Below, in pieces: positions 37,734-48,400 of a DNA stretch of 64,000 bases; positions within the stretch are counted from its first letter, which is position 1; each line of letters opens with the position of its first letter. This DNA is from Candidatus Melainabacteria bacterium 17Bon1m (lineage in GTDB: Bacteria > Cyanobacteriota > Vampirovibrionia > Obscuribacterales > Obscuribacteraceae): NCBI GenBank assembly GCA_032128875.1, contig JAVLKG010000002.1, positions 832,001-896,000 on the forward strand, written 5' to 3'. The position numbers and the translations under genes are program-made. The notes under the pieces were generated by a model. That model saw nothing but the letters and a program-made list of their open reading frames with translations, did no database searches and was not told where the DNA came from.

Positions 37734-39170
37734 ATGCAACACGTTCTTGATTCCATTTCTTGCGCGCTTTCTCTTGAGCCGCAAGACAGTAAATTGAGAA
37801 AGGCTCTTCAGGAGTCGTTTCTCGCCAATTTAATTGCGATGCCGTTTCGGCTTGCTGCTCAAACGTTTTCTAAAGTGGCAAACATGGCCAAGGTCGGAAG
37901 CTTGCTTCAATTGTTGGCTTTCGTTTTCACAGCCGTGATGATTTTTAGCCTCTGGTTGCCGATGTTTGCGTCTGACAAAGAGACTCTGGCATACATATCA
38001 CTCGGCTCGCTAATTCTATATATAGGTGGAAGTCTGCTGGGCGGAAAAGAAAAACGGCAAGCCTCCGCTGTAGATGCACTTGTAGTGCTATTTCTCGGGA
38101 TCAATCTGGTAGCTGCCTGTGCTTCAAGGTATTTCAGCGAAAGTTTGCCCGGTCTGGCGAAGCTAGTTATCTATGTCTCCAGCTACTTCTTATTTTCTGC
38201 CGTAGCGAATACTCCCCGTCGCCGATTGATCTTGATGTGTGCTGCAGTGGCTGGCGGTCTTGTTGCTGCGACCTACGGACTTTACCAATACAAAATAGGC
38301 GTTGCTCCGTTGGCCACATGGGAAGATCCTTCGGTCGAATCGCAAGCGACACGAATCTACTCGACTCTGGGAAACCCGAATTTGCTGGCTGGTTACTTGA
38401 TTCCGTTGGTTGCGGTTTCGTCGGCCATGTTCATCGGGGCAATTGAGAGCAAAAGGTGGCTGTTCGCTCTTTTGGCGGGACCTTCAGCCCTAATTCTCAT
38501 TGCAGCTACTGTGTTGACCGGCAGTAGAGGTGGATTTATGGGAATAGCTGCCGCACTTGCAGCCTTATTCCTGCTCTCGGCCGGATGGTGTTGGGCCAAA
38601 TATCCAAAAGCTCGCCCGGCAATTGTTGTTTTGGCAATCGCATTGCCGGTAATTGCTGTTGCCTGCGTCTTTCTTGTGCCTAGTATGCAGCAACGAGTCC
38701 TTTCGATATTTGCCGGCTGGCAGCATTCATCAAATGCTTTCCGCTTGCATGTTTATCAATCTTCGCTTGAGATGTTCAAAGACAACTGGTGGATCGGAGT
38801 CGGTCCCGGCAATAAAGCTTTTCGCCTCGCTTACGGTCTATATATGAATAGTCGATTTGACGCTTTGGGCACTTATTGTGTCCCGCTCGAGATCGCCGTC
38901 GAAGCCGGAATTTTCGCGCTTATTGTATTTGCTGCATTTTTTGTCTCTCTTCTTGGACGAGCTCATATTGCCTTCTACAGTCGAACCATCGGCTGGGAGC
39001 GCTGGCTTTGCGCCGGAATGGCTGCTGCTCTTTTCGGAATAGCAATGATGGGTATGGTCGACACCGTCTTTTATAGACCCCAGGTCCACTTCATCTTCTG
39101 GCTGCTTGCTGGATGCCTTGTCTCCGCCGCCCTCCAGGCCCGTTCTCGCGACAATCAGGCAATTTCATAA
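37734..39170 (+). CDS. ictB: IctB family (O-antigen ligase-like) membrane protein
   Basis: Motifs LATWEDP, TRIYSTLGNPNLLAGYLIP, TGSRGG, GVGPGNKAF and DTVFYRPQV. Confidence 0.9.
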   Translation: MQHVLDSISCALSLEPQDSKLRKALQESFLANLIAMPFRLAAQTFSKVANMAKVGSLLQLLAFVFTAVMIFSLWLPMFASDKETLAYISLGSLILYIGGSLLGGKEKRQASAVDALVVLFLGINLVAACASRYFSESLPGLAKLVIYVSSYFLFSAVANTPRRRLILMCAAVAGGLVAATYGLYQYKIGVAPLATWEDPSVESQATRIYSTLGNPNLLAGYLIPLVAVSSAMFIGAIESKRWLFALLAGPSALILIAATVLTGSRGGFMGIAAALAALFLLSAGWCWAKYPKARPAIVVLAIALPVIAVACVFLVPSMQQRVLSIFAGWQHSSNAFRLHVYQSSLEMFKDNWWIGVGPGNKAFRLAYGLYMNSRFDALGTYCVPLEIAVEAGIFALIVFAAFFVSLLGRAHIAFYSRTIGWERWLCAGMAAALFGIAMMGMVDTVFYRPQVHFIFWLLAGCLVSAALQARSRDNQAIS

Positions 39171-39176
39171 CGGTTT

Positions 39177-39206
39177 AGAAGGTTAACGGTTATCGATTAA
39201 CCTTCT
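39177..39206. repeat. dispersed 30-bp palindrome, copy 5
   Basis: AGAAGGTTAACGGTTATCGATTAACCTTCT, 6 bp after the ictB stop. Confidence 0.9.
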
Positions 39207-39651
39207 GAGATTGAATGGGTAGACAAGCAGATTAGCCTCGGTTAATCCAATTCCGGGTACATCTATATATAGGCGAGCGGGTTGACTTGATATCGTTAGA
39301 TACAAAACAGCCAGATGAAGCCTGAAGATTAAATCCTAAGAAAAATTCATTAAGCAGCGCTTATTTTATATTGTTTCTTGACCTCAAGGGTAAGAAATAT
39401 GAGGTAGCGCTAATGTACCTGTGTCCAGTTCCCGGTCTTTGCTAGTTACGCAAAACACCAGCTAATGATTCGGTGAGCCCTGTAAAGAGACGAAACCTTG
39501 ACAGCCTAGCAACATTAACGGACAATAATGAATAGGATTTTACTATTTCGCCAGGGTCAGTCGAAACCCCAACAATCCAAAAATCGGCTGGTCCAACTAA
39601 AAAACACTTACCGGCTATGCTGCCGGTCCTTCTTCGGAGGAGAACAAAGCA

Positions 39652-41961
39652 ATGAAATTACGTAGACGACGAGGAGCTACGTTAGGGTTGGTGGCAGTCA
39701 TCGTACTGTTCATCGCCATTCTAGGAATCGGCTTCTTCTTCCTGTCCAAAATCATGGGCGGTGGAAGAGAAGTTGCTAACGCTACCGACGCCGGCGCCAT
39801 GAACGTTGCTAAGCGCGCTTTGATGGAACCAACCGTCAATGCTCCCGCTAACGACGAATTCGATGGTCTCGGTGTCGACACCGCAACCGGTATTCCTAAC
39901 AACTCCGGACAAATCAACTTGCTCGCGTACAACCGCGCAGTAGGCAGAGCTCTCTTGGTTGCTCTTAACGCAAGAGCGATCGGACCTGCTTCCAGCAAGC
40001 TCGCCGGTGATGTTATCGATAAATTGGAAACACTCGGTAAGAACCTGCAAACCCAATTGAACGGCGGCGGTATGTTGCCCGGTTACTTTGACACCATGGC
40101 TAAAGCCCAGAACGTCAAAATGATGGGACCGACCTCGGACGTCAAATTGAGCATGAACATTCAACCGGCTTGGATGATCACCCAAGACGGCGATGGCATG
40201 CAAAAGACCAACGTCTACATCAATAAGCAAGTTGTAGACATGATGGGCAACCCGACGGTGAGCAACCTCTACACTGCCACCACCGTCAATTCTGCTCAGA
40301 TCAAGTCGAAAGGTTCTTGGCCACAAGGCGCTTTCTCAAGCTCGAGTGGACACAACTTCATCAGAGCTTATGACAAGAACATGACCCTCAGCAATTACCT
40401 TGATAAAGCGATTCTTGGTGCTGCTGTAGGTCCTCAAGACAGAGCCCACTTGGTGCACCTCGGACAGTTCGATAACTGCTCGAATGCAATCGGATACGCT
40501 CCCCCCAATTCCTGGAAGACTCAATCGCAGTCTCAAAATACAAACAAAGGTCAAGGCAACTTCGGTGGTGCAGTAGCATGCGCAGTCGTAGGCTCCTTGA
40601 ACGCAGAGTACGAAGCCGCCATTCCGCGTGGCTACGTAAGAATCTTGAACTATGTTTCCGCAGCTAACTTGCCTGGTGCAGTTCCTGTATCTGGACAAGA
40701 CGTTAACGGTGGCACAAGCATTTTCAATAACGAATTCTGGAATGGTACCGGCGGCTCTGGACCAACATCCTATGCAGCCAATGGTGCTCTTTTCACTGAC
40801 AGAAACGGTGCAGGTAATCTTGCTGACTGGCAAGCTTATGTAGCAACCATCAACTCATCCTTGGCAGTGTCACCTCCGCAAAATACCGGATCTAACACCG
40901 ATAGAGATGAATTGGGTGGATTGCGCTCAGCTTGGCCGTCGGGTTTTAACGGCACCACCGCTGAATTGGGTCAAATGACTCAAATCAGATACAACAAACC
41001 ATCGCCTGCTCTCAACCAGTTCGCAACCAAAGGTCAAGTTATCAGCGAACTTAAGAACGGCGGTAGATCTGGAACTTGCGATCAAAACAACTTCGCTTCC
41101 GATTCCGACGGCGCTACTGCTGCAGATCTCTTCTGCCGTGCTAGCAATGACGGTGGTAGTGGATTCGTTACTGACGCATCGGTCAACTATGGACGCGGTA
41201 TCGCAGGTGGCGGCGGCGGTGGAAACATGGCCCAAGGCATGAACGGTATCGAGTACCTCAAAGCCAGAGTTGTTGAAGCCTTCGGTTCCGGTGCACGTTG
41301 CGCACGTAACGTCACTGTAGCTGGCGACAAGAAAGCCGGTATGAAAGTGTACGACCGTCCGAGAGAAACTCCGAGCAAGGCATACAACACACCTGCGGTT
41401 GATGTTCAGTTCGCTAACGTAGGCAGCCCGTACGAACTCTTGATGCACACCACCAAGAGCGGAACGAACGGATACTGCAATGGTACAAACGACGTAATTG
41501 GTTACATCCATCAACGTGCTAAGGAAATTCTCCCTACCGTTGAACGTGCTGAAGTAGAAGCTCTGATGAAGAGCCAAGATCTCCCACCAGGTGCGACGAT
41601 GTTTATCTTCTTGCCGCAAGGCAGTAACAAACTCGCTATGCAGCCTACAGTGCCGAAGACACATGCAGGCTCGGAAGATCCGTTCAACATCAAAGCTGAA
41701 GGAACAATGCCTAACTACTGCGCTTCCACTCCTGACAACCAAATCCGTAACTACGATTTGAACTCCAAGGACGGCGTAGCAGGCAACGGAAAAGGTGACA
41801 CTGGTATTCACGACCAACCGTACACCCAATTCAAAGGAACCGATTTCAGCTCGACTGACATCGTTGAATGGAAACCAAGTTGTGGTGCTCATAACTTCCT
41901 CGGCGAACTCTCGTTCCGCAACGAGACAACCGGTGGTGGTGAGTTCTGCAAACCTAACTAG
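39652..41961 (+). CDS. large TadG/Flp-pseudopilin-like surface protein
   Basis: MKLRRRRG|ATL followed by a hydrophobic helix and EVANATDAGAMN (Tad-like N-terminus); Gly/Asn-rich body with several Cys. Confidence 0.7.
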   Translation: MKLRRRRGATLGLVAVIVLFIAILGIGFFFLSKIMGGGREVANATDAGAMNVAKRALMEPTVNAPANDEFDGLGVDTATGIPNNSGQINLLAYNRAVGRALLVALNARAIGPASSKLAGDVIDKLETLGKNLQTQLNGGGMLPGYFDTMAKAQNVKMMGPTSDVKLSMNIQPAWMITQDGDGMQKTNVYINKQVVDMMGNPTVSNLYTATTVNSAQIKSKGSWPQGAFSSSSGHNFIRAYDKNMTLSNYLDKAILGAAVGPQDRAHLVHLGQFDNCSNAIGYAPPNSWKTQSQSQNTNKGQGNFGGAVACAVVGSLNAEYEAAIPRGYVRILNYVSAANLPGAVPVSGQDVNGGTSIFNNEFWNGTGGSGPTSYAANGALFTDRNGAGNLADWQAYVATINSSLAVSPPQNTGSNTDRDELGGLRSAWPSGFNGTTAELGQMTQIRYNKPSPALNQFATKGQVISELKNGGRSGTCDQNNFASDSDGATAADLFCRASNDGGSGFVTDASVNYGRGIAGGGGGGNMAQGMNGIEYLKARVVEAFGSGARCARNVTVAGDKKAGMKVYDRPRETPSKAYNTPAVDVQFANVGSPYELLMHTTKSGTNGYCNGTNDVIGYIHQRAKEILPTVERAEVEALMKSQDLPPGATMFIFLPQGSNKLAMQPTVPKTHAGSEDPFNIKAEGTMPNYCASTPDNQIRNYDLNSKDGVAGNGKGDTGIHDQPYTQFKGTDFSSTDIVEWKPSCGAHNFLGELSFRNETTGGGEFCKPN

Positions 41962-42011
41962 AACGCAAACCAACTGGACTGATTGAGCTGGACTCGATCA
42001 CCCGATAGATA

Positions 42012-42064
42012 AAGCGCCCACCCTCTTGAATCGTGTAAGATTCTAATTGGGTGGGCACTTCTTT
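42012..42064 (+). terminator. terminator-like hairpin
   Basis: GCCCACCC...GGGTGGGC with an inner GAATC/GATTC stem, followed by ACTTCTTT. Confidence 0.55.
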
Positions 42065-42138
42065 ATATGTAGTGCGTCATTTCGCCTATTCAATTAATAG
42101 CGGTTTTCTATCATTTAGTTCGAGGGGAGGATAATGTC

Positions 42139-42642
42139 GTGTCTGTAGAAACATGCAAGCCCAGACGAGCTTGGAGTCTTCTGATTGCCTCTGCCCTTTT
42201 GCTTTCTTTTGCCGTCGGACAGCAGATTTCAAGTGCGCAAAACACGGCGCCGGCGTATCGCACCAAGCCATACCAACTCAATCCCGAGGACAATCACAAA
42301 CTCGATCAACTGAAAGATAAGGTTGATCTGCCGGACCTACCTTCCTTCACCGGCAAAGCCAAATTCGTAACCGGAACTGTAGAGCAGGGCTCCAAAGGCG
42401 GACCGCGCTACTCAATGGTGTTTGAGGCGGAAGAGCCTCAGAATCAAGTAATTGACTGGTACGACAACGTTTTTCGCATGTATAAATGGAACAACATTCA
42501 GAAAGCGACCAGCTCTGTATCAGCTTCTCACAAAGATGGTCACTTCGCTTCGGTAAGTACAGATGCTGTGGTTAAGACTGGTGCTAGTAATGCCAGAATC
42601 CACAGCAGTTTTACAGTACATTATCAGATGGCGGTTCGCTAA
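42139..42642 (+). CDS. exported hypothetical protein
   Basis: GGAGG RBS and signal peptide; LPDLP..TG and VIDWY motifs resemble the lipoprotein at 25238. Confidence 0.72.
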   Translation: MSVETCKPRRAWSLLIASALLLSFAVGQQISSAQNTAPAYRTKPYQLNPEDNHKLDQLKDKVDLPDLPSFTGKAKFVTGTVEQGSKGGPRYSMVFEAEEPQNQVIDWYDNVFRMYKWNNIQKATSSVSASHKDGHFASVSTDAVVKTGASNARIHSSFTVHYQMAVR

Positions 42643-42651
42643 AGCGCTTGT

Positions 42652-43599
42652 TTGCGACGCTTGAGTTACCCAGCGAGTGGTTTGAATTCTAGACCTGTGA
42701 ATTGGTCTATTGCACTTGCATTGGCCGCGATGTTTTTCTTCTATAGCTCCATCGATCAGTGCGCTAGAGCCAGTACAAATTCTCTCAAGCTTGGTCCGCT
42801 GGCGGTAATGCCTGACGGTTCTCCGCTTTATCTCAATCGCACCCAGGCTTTCAATTATTTGTCTAAAGAAGATGTACTAAGACAGCGCATTAACGCGGTC
42901 ATGTCCGTGTCGTCACTCGTCAACACTCCGTATACGCCTACGTCCGCTGTATTTGATGAAATAGTTGACGGCAAGCCGTGGTGGGGAATGGCAGGTCAAT
43001 ACATCTGGGGCGAAGGCCAACGAAGTATTGAGGGACCATCAGAAGAGTCGCGTTTCATTCTCAATCCGTATCTCCTGGTTGCTGCAAACCCATGGACGGC
43101 TAAGATTTGGAATCAAGAACAAATCACTGAAGACGATTTGAACAATCAAGACTTTCCGTATACTTGGACGCCGCAAGAACTCCGCTATTGGCCTCGTAAG
43201 AAGATGGCACAGGTGATTTATGATGTCACCGCATTTAATGGCAAACTGAAGTCGATGAGTAATAAATTGGACAGCACAGAACCAAACTTGCGCTTTGGTC
43301 TGGTGGCATATAATGCGCGAGACTTTGGATACGGTTTTCTCTTCCTCTCGCCTCAACATTCGCTGAATGTTGAAAATTCCTACAGGGGAAATTATCCGAT
43401 TGAGATCAAGCAATACATCCATAGCGGAGACAGTTCCAAATTTCCGGGCGGCTGCAACAATATGAGCCCTGCTATGGACGAGATAGACAAGCTGACGATA
43501 AAGCAGTTGCCCGCGCGCGCCGTTGTCTATCTCTGGAAAACTAGACCGCCGCTAGCAACTGATCCAGCCGACTTCACTTTTGTTCTGGATTTCAAATAA
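42652..43599 (+). CDS. exported hypothetical protein
   Basis: 315-aa ORF with an N-terminal hydrophobic segment and conserved-looking DGKPWWG, EGPSEESRFILNPYLL and GGCNNMSP motifs. Confidence 0.75.
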   Translation: MRRLSYPASGLNSRPVNWSIALALAAMFFFYSSIDQCARASTNSLKLGPLAVMPDGSPLYLNRTQAFNYLSKEDVLRQRINAVMSVSSLVNTPYTPTSAVFDEIVDGKPWWGMAGQYIWGEGQRSIEGPSEESRFILNPYLLVAANPWTAKIWNQEQITEDDLNNQDFPYTWTPQELRYWPRKKMAQVIYDVTAFNGKLKSMSNKLDSTEPNLRFGLVAYNARDFGYGFLFLSPQHSLNVENSYRGNYPIEIKQYIHSGDSSKFPGGCNNMSPAMDEIDKLTIKQLPARAVVYLWKTRPPLATDPADFTFVLDFK

Positions 43600-43753
43600 C
43601 CTGGTATCAGATACAGTGCGCGTGCATTATCGGATACCGGACTTGGAAATTTGCCTTTTGGAGTTTCATTTTCAGGTTACTGAGGTTTTCAGTAAGAAGA
43701 CTTCAGGGTTAACCCTAGGGCGAACGATTATCTCTTGACGCTATTCTGATTCT

Positions 43754-43867
43754 ACTGACCGTTGGACTCGTTGCGTCCCGAGAAAGATTAACCAATCACC
43801 GACGGTTAGTTGCCGAAACAAATCAAAAGAGGGGATGAGCCGCAAGCGAGTCCCTTCTTTAGTTTTT
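43754..43867 (+). ncRNA. candidate small RNA between convergent genes
   Basis: A 12-bp stem (43754-43765 with 43799-43810) followed by a terminator-like stem (43826-43835 with 43851-43860) and a T tract. Confidence 0.35.
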
Positions 43868-43907
43868 AATGCTTGCAGCTTGGCGATCGGCCGGATAATT
43901 CTCGGTC

Positions 43908-44696
43908 TTAAACAAAGGCCACAACCCTGGCCGGCGCGGCACTTGCACCTACCAGAGGAATCGGGAAAAACGCTACCTTAAACCCATGTGGGGGAAGCTT
44001 ATCCAAATTGGCCAATTGCTGGATGACATACACCTCGACATCCCTATAAGCAAAATGGGCGTCCCAGATTTGCGATTTGTCTTTGGTCTCTTGGTAGGCC
44101 TCGACCATTTTAGGAAACGGTCTGTCCCATCCCAACGCATCTGTGCCACCAATTTTGGCACCACGCTCTGCTAAAAACAGCGCTGACTCGCGAATCATTC
44201 CAGGATAGTTATAGCGAACAGGGTCAGTAAGCGGAAACTTGTCGTGATCGGTGCGAATAAGCACAGCATCACCGCCTTTAATTTGATATTGAACTTTATC
44301 GAGCGCTCGTTTTATATCGTCGACAGTAATGGCTTCCCCGGTGCCTTTCTTATGAGTCATATCCAGCACGACTGCATCGCAATAGAGGTCTTCCAACGGA
44401 ATCTGATCGACTGTTTTTGCTGGGGCACCACCGCAGGTGCTGCCGTAATGCAATGGCGCATCCACATGAGTTCCCAGGTGACTTGATAAAGTGACCATCT
44501 CCTCAGCCCAGCCTTCTCCGTTTGGCAGGTCACTTTTTGGACAAGCAAACAGCTCGCACATGATATCGGCGCCACGATCGTTTCCGACGAAATCAACTTC
44601 TGGCGAAATAATTCTGAAAAGTGGTTGCAGCGGCGGCGGAAATGCGTTTTTGTCTATAGTGACAAGCGGTCTGGTCAAGTCGATGAGTTTTGCCAT
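43908..44696 (-). CDS. cyclase family (kynurenine formamidase-like) metal-dependent hydrolase
   Basis: HLGTHVDAPLH (HxGTHxDxPxH), LIDLT, GGTDA and ARVVA. Confidence 0.92.
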   Translation of the reverse strand: MAKLIDLTRPLVTIDKNAFPPPLQPLFRIISPEVDFVGNDRGADIMCELFACPKSDLPNGEGWAEEMVTLSSHLGTHVDAPLHYGSTCGGAPAKTVDQIPLEDLYCDAVVLDMTHKKGTGEAITVDDIKRALDKVQYQIKGGDAVLIRTDHDKFPLTDPVRYNYPGMIRESALFLAERGAKIGGTDALGWDRPFPKMVEAYQETKDKSQIWDAHFAYRDVEVYVIQQLANLDKLPPHGFKVAFFPIPLVGASAAPARVVAFV

Positions 44697-44904
44697 CAGA
44701 AAATCGTTTCCTGGTTAAGGAGCTGGACAACTTGGAAAACCGAAAAAATCGGAAATTCAAACAAGAAGCAGATTTTCGCACTCCTACACATAGCCAGTCA
44801 GCGCTGTTTAATTAAGTTAGACTAGCTGTTGGAATCTATTCCAGCGCAATTCCTGTCCCACCGGCATTTGTCCAGTGCTTGACGACTTTTATCGGTTCAG
44901 ATTT

Positions 44905-45384
44905 ATGTCAAATTCCTCCACATTCTCCCTCTCACAGGCTCAGGCATTGCTTCCTCGCTTGCGCGAGCAACTCTCCAAAGCCAATGACGAACTCGACTCC
45001 ATTAGCATTAAGATTGCGGCTGCCTCTCAAGAGTGTGAAGAAGCCGAAATAGCTCTCATGGCGGTTAAAACGAAAAACGGAGAGGTCGCAGACCTGACTG
45101 CCTTGCGAGACGCAAGACAGCGTTATGAGTCTTCAATTGATAGCCTTACGTCGGCTAAACGTGAGTATCTAGAGTGTTTCGAGCGCTGGATGGTCGAGAT
45201 TACGGAGTGCGGCGTCATTCTTCGCGATATCCGCTCAGGTTTACTCGATTTTCCCGCCAAGAAGGGCGCCGTCGACTACTTCCTTTGCTGGCGATTAGGC
45301 GAGCGCGATATTGACTATTGGCATCTTGAAAATGACGGATTTCAGGGGCGTCGCCCGCTTGCCGTTTTAGATGAGTACTTCTAA
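44905..45384 (+). CDS. DUF2203 domain protein
   Basis: Motifs FSLSQAQALLP, GLLDFPA and LCWRLGE...YWH...GFQGRRPL. Confidence 0.9.
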   Translation: MSNSSTFSLSQAQALLPRLREQLSKANDELDSISIKIAAASQECEEAEIALMAVKTKNGEVADLTALRDARQRYESSIDSLTSAKREYLECFERWMVEITECGVILRDIRSGLLDFPAKKGAVDYFLCWRLGERDIDYWHLENDGFQGRRPLAVLDEYF

Positions 45385-45482
45385 TTCGGAATGGCATATG
45401 ATCTGTATGTCTGATGCGTGACCCTGGGCTATCGGTTGTGGTGTTGTCCGGGCATAATTAAATACGCTTTGAGATATTCACG

Positions 45483-48400
45483 ATGCCTCCTGACGAAGAG
45501 CCGGAAACACGCGAACCAAAAGAAAAGGAGCCGCAGGCGAATGACGGCAGTCCGAAAGAGTCTGCGCGTCGAATGACTTTTCATCTGTTTGGCGCAGGTA
45601 AGTCTGGTTCGGAAGTTGTCGTTGAGCGCGATAGCGACACAACGGAAAAGGATTTGAGAAACAGCAAGGCATCAGCTTCTTCTGCCAGCAGACGAAAGTT
45701 GATTTCAATCGACGAGCTGAAACAACTTGCAGAGAGTGGTGGCACCGACGCTCGCTTTGCTCAAGACCTTCTTGCAAATGTCGTCCACTGGCAGAAAATG
45801 CCTGAAGGTGAAGACAAAAACGCATACGCAAAAAAACAGCAAATCACAGCAATGGGTATGCTTGGTCGCGCGATTCTAGAGTTAGAGCCGCAAGAAGAAT
45901 CTCAACAACAGTCGCAAGCAAACCAACAGCAGCAACAACTTCAGAGGAAACAGCAGGAAAAGCTGCCGGACAAAACTGCGGACACAACTGCGGAAAAATC
46001 GGCGGAGAAACCTGCATCAGCAGTGAATCCGAACATTGTTGAGACAAAGGCAGTATTTCTCGAGACGGCAGATTTACGAGCTCTTCGAGAAGAAGATCTG
46101 GCTCTCGGACGAAAGGGCGGTCCGGCAGAACACTTCCTTGCATTGCTGGACAACTTCAGAAAGATTTTGAAACCAGGACAAGAGCAAGATGCCGCAGTTC
46201 GGCGCGTCAAGCGAATGGCAATTTCACTTCTATCCGGGCGATTGAAAGAGCTGCAGACCAAGAAAGTCACCGCAGGTGATACTGGAGCTGTTAATCAGTA
46301 TGCGGCTGGGTCCGACGAAGATAAACAGTTCATCCTCGCTCTCAAGGAAAAGGTGCGTGGTGAAACTCATCAACACAAAATTCCAGCTCAATTTTATGAA
46401 CGGCGCCAAACTGTTCAAGAATGGGCTAAGGAATTAGAGTCACATGTTGAAAAATTGAACGAGCTCAATCGCTCTGCTGATGTTGCTGAGCACCAAGAGC
46501 AGCCAGTCGGTCTCAATGCTGCTATGAGTCGTGCCAATTCAAAGAAGAAGGCGGTTATACATAGCGAAACCGAGATTCGAAAAGCATTGGCCATGATGCC
46601 GGAAAGAGAAATCAAAGATCTGCAAAGCAAAGACGAGTATAAGCAAATTGTCAGTGACCTCCTGTACAGCGCCAATATTTCTTCCGCAACAAGGCAAGCT
46701 GCGCAGATTTTCTTGACTCCGGGGTGGCAAAAGTCTCCGGAGTCGGTTCGACAGTTAGCTGTAATTGCACTTAAGGACAATAGTTTTGAACTGCTTAAAT
46801 CTACGTGCAGATATTGCACTGCTGACGTACGCCAAGGTTTTCGCCAAACCGCTGAAGCAGCAGAAGCTCATAAGGTTTTTTCGATGTATGGGAAGCACCT
46901 CAACGAAGTTCTCCAGTATGGCCAAGAATCACTGACTACCCAGCTTGGAACAGCTGAAGGATTTGCTTATGGCTGGTTTGGTCTGGCGAACAAAGAGGAG
47001 ATCAAGAAATTCGTTGATAAGGCTTCTTCGGAGGATCGCCACCGCTATCTGCTGGGCGAAAAGCTCGCTGAGCGTGCGAACCTTGACGCGGAAGAAAAGC
47101 AAGCAGTTAGCTTTTACAAGGAAGTAGATGCGGCTTTACGCGCGGCAACCAATCCAGTTATAAATTCGAAGCAATACGATTTGCTGCGCAATAAGTTGGT
47201 TGGGGGCGAGGAGATTTACGCTGCCCTCAGAGAGCTGCATAAAGACGAATACTTTGGTCTTGTTCGCTCGAATGATATGAAGGGCATGAGACGTGCCGTA
47301 GAACTGCTGTCACTTAAGGACTGGACAAGTTTGCGCGACAATCCCGGGCGATTTGCCGATCTCGATATGCGACTCAGGAAGTTCCTCAACAAACAAGAGC
47401 ACCATGAAATTATGGGCATGCTCAGGGCGAAGGTTGGCGATAAGGACAAGGATAATCTTACTTTTGAAGAATCGCAGAAGCGAGGCAGAGTGCCGATCGA
47501 GATTTCGCTACTCGGTTCTGACCCGGAAAAGTGGAATTTCGTTTGGACCACACAAAACACAAATCAATTCGAGAAGCTTCAGACAATCTTGCAGATGTCG
47601 CAATTAGAACTGAATTCATATTTGAAAGACAAGGGCAATCCAAAATATTTGGATACGCTCGTCGACGCCCAGTTGGATGGTGACTGCAAGTTGATTGCTG
47701 AACGCACCTTGAAACTTGCATTGCAAACAGCAAAGCTGGAATTAGACGAAATCAGCAGTGCGCTTATTGCAAGACTCTCCGGCGAGCCAATGTCAGAGCA
47801 AATGAAAAAGTTCGAGCTGATTTTGACGCGACCGGGCGTAATGGCTCGACTCCGATCTCCTCAAGACGCAGAGACTAAATCCTTGCGCAGCGCTCTAGAT
47901 TTTATGGTTAAGGAATTCGTTGAAGCAATGAAACGCCTTGATCTGAACGTTGGCAAAGTCAATTCTCTCACTGCTGCCGAGTATTCTAAAAGGATTTTTG
48001 AGAGTGGAGCGCTACCGATTGATTTGCGCCTTCTCCTTTCTGATGATTGCAGTCTATCGTTAAGTGAATTGATGAGACTCACTCCTGAGGAAAAAAAAAT
48101 TCTCACTGCGGAGCCTCAAGCCGGAGGCAACGCGTTTTTGCAAAAAAAGGTGTTTACCACCTACGAGCAACAGAAGTTCGCTGTCCATCTATTCTCCTCT
48201 TCAAGGAAGGAGCCTTCTGAGGTCGATTTTATGCGCGCTGCCATAATCGGTTTTTCCGAGGACAAAGGCAAGCTCATTTTACGTCTTTCATCAATGAGCC
48301 CTTCCGAGCTGACCAAGACAACCAAGGCCTACCATGAAGAGTACAATTCTTCACTGGCGCATGATTTCTTTGTTGCAGCGGTTGGTCGTCATCGCACACA

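Noticed and set aside
39430-39520. c-di-GMP-I riboswitch or hammerhead ribozyme
   Set aside because: Only fragments (ACGCAAAAC, CGAAAC, CTAATGA) resemble the consensus; the required stems and the CUGANGA core are missing.
40927-41973. 348-aa antisense ORF
   Set aside because: It is a shadow of the codon-biased TadG-like gene.
43718-43818. c-di-GMP-I riboswitch
   Set aside because: The 3' end GTTAGTTGCCGAA is reminiscent, but the GNRA-capped stem and GCAAA motifs are absent, and no gene lies downstream on that strand.
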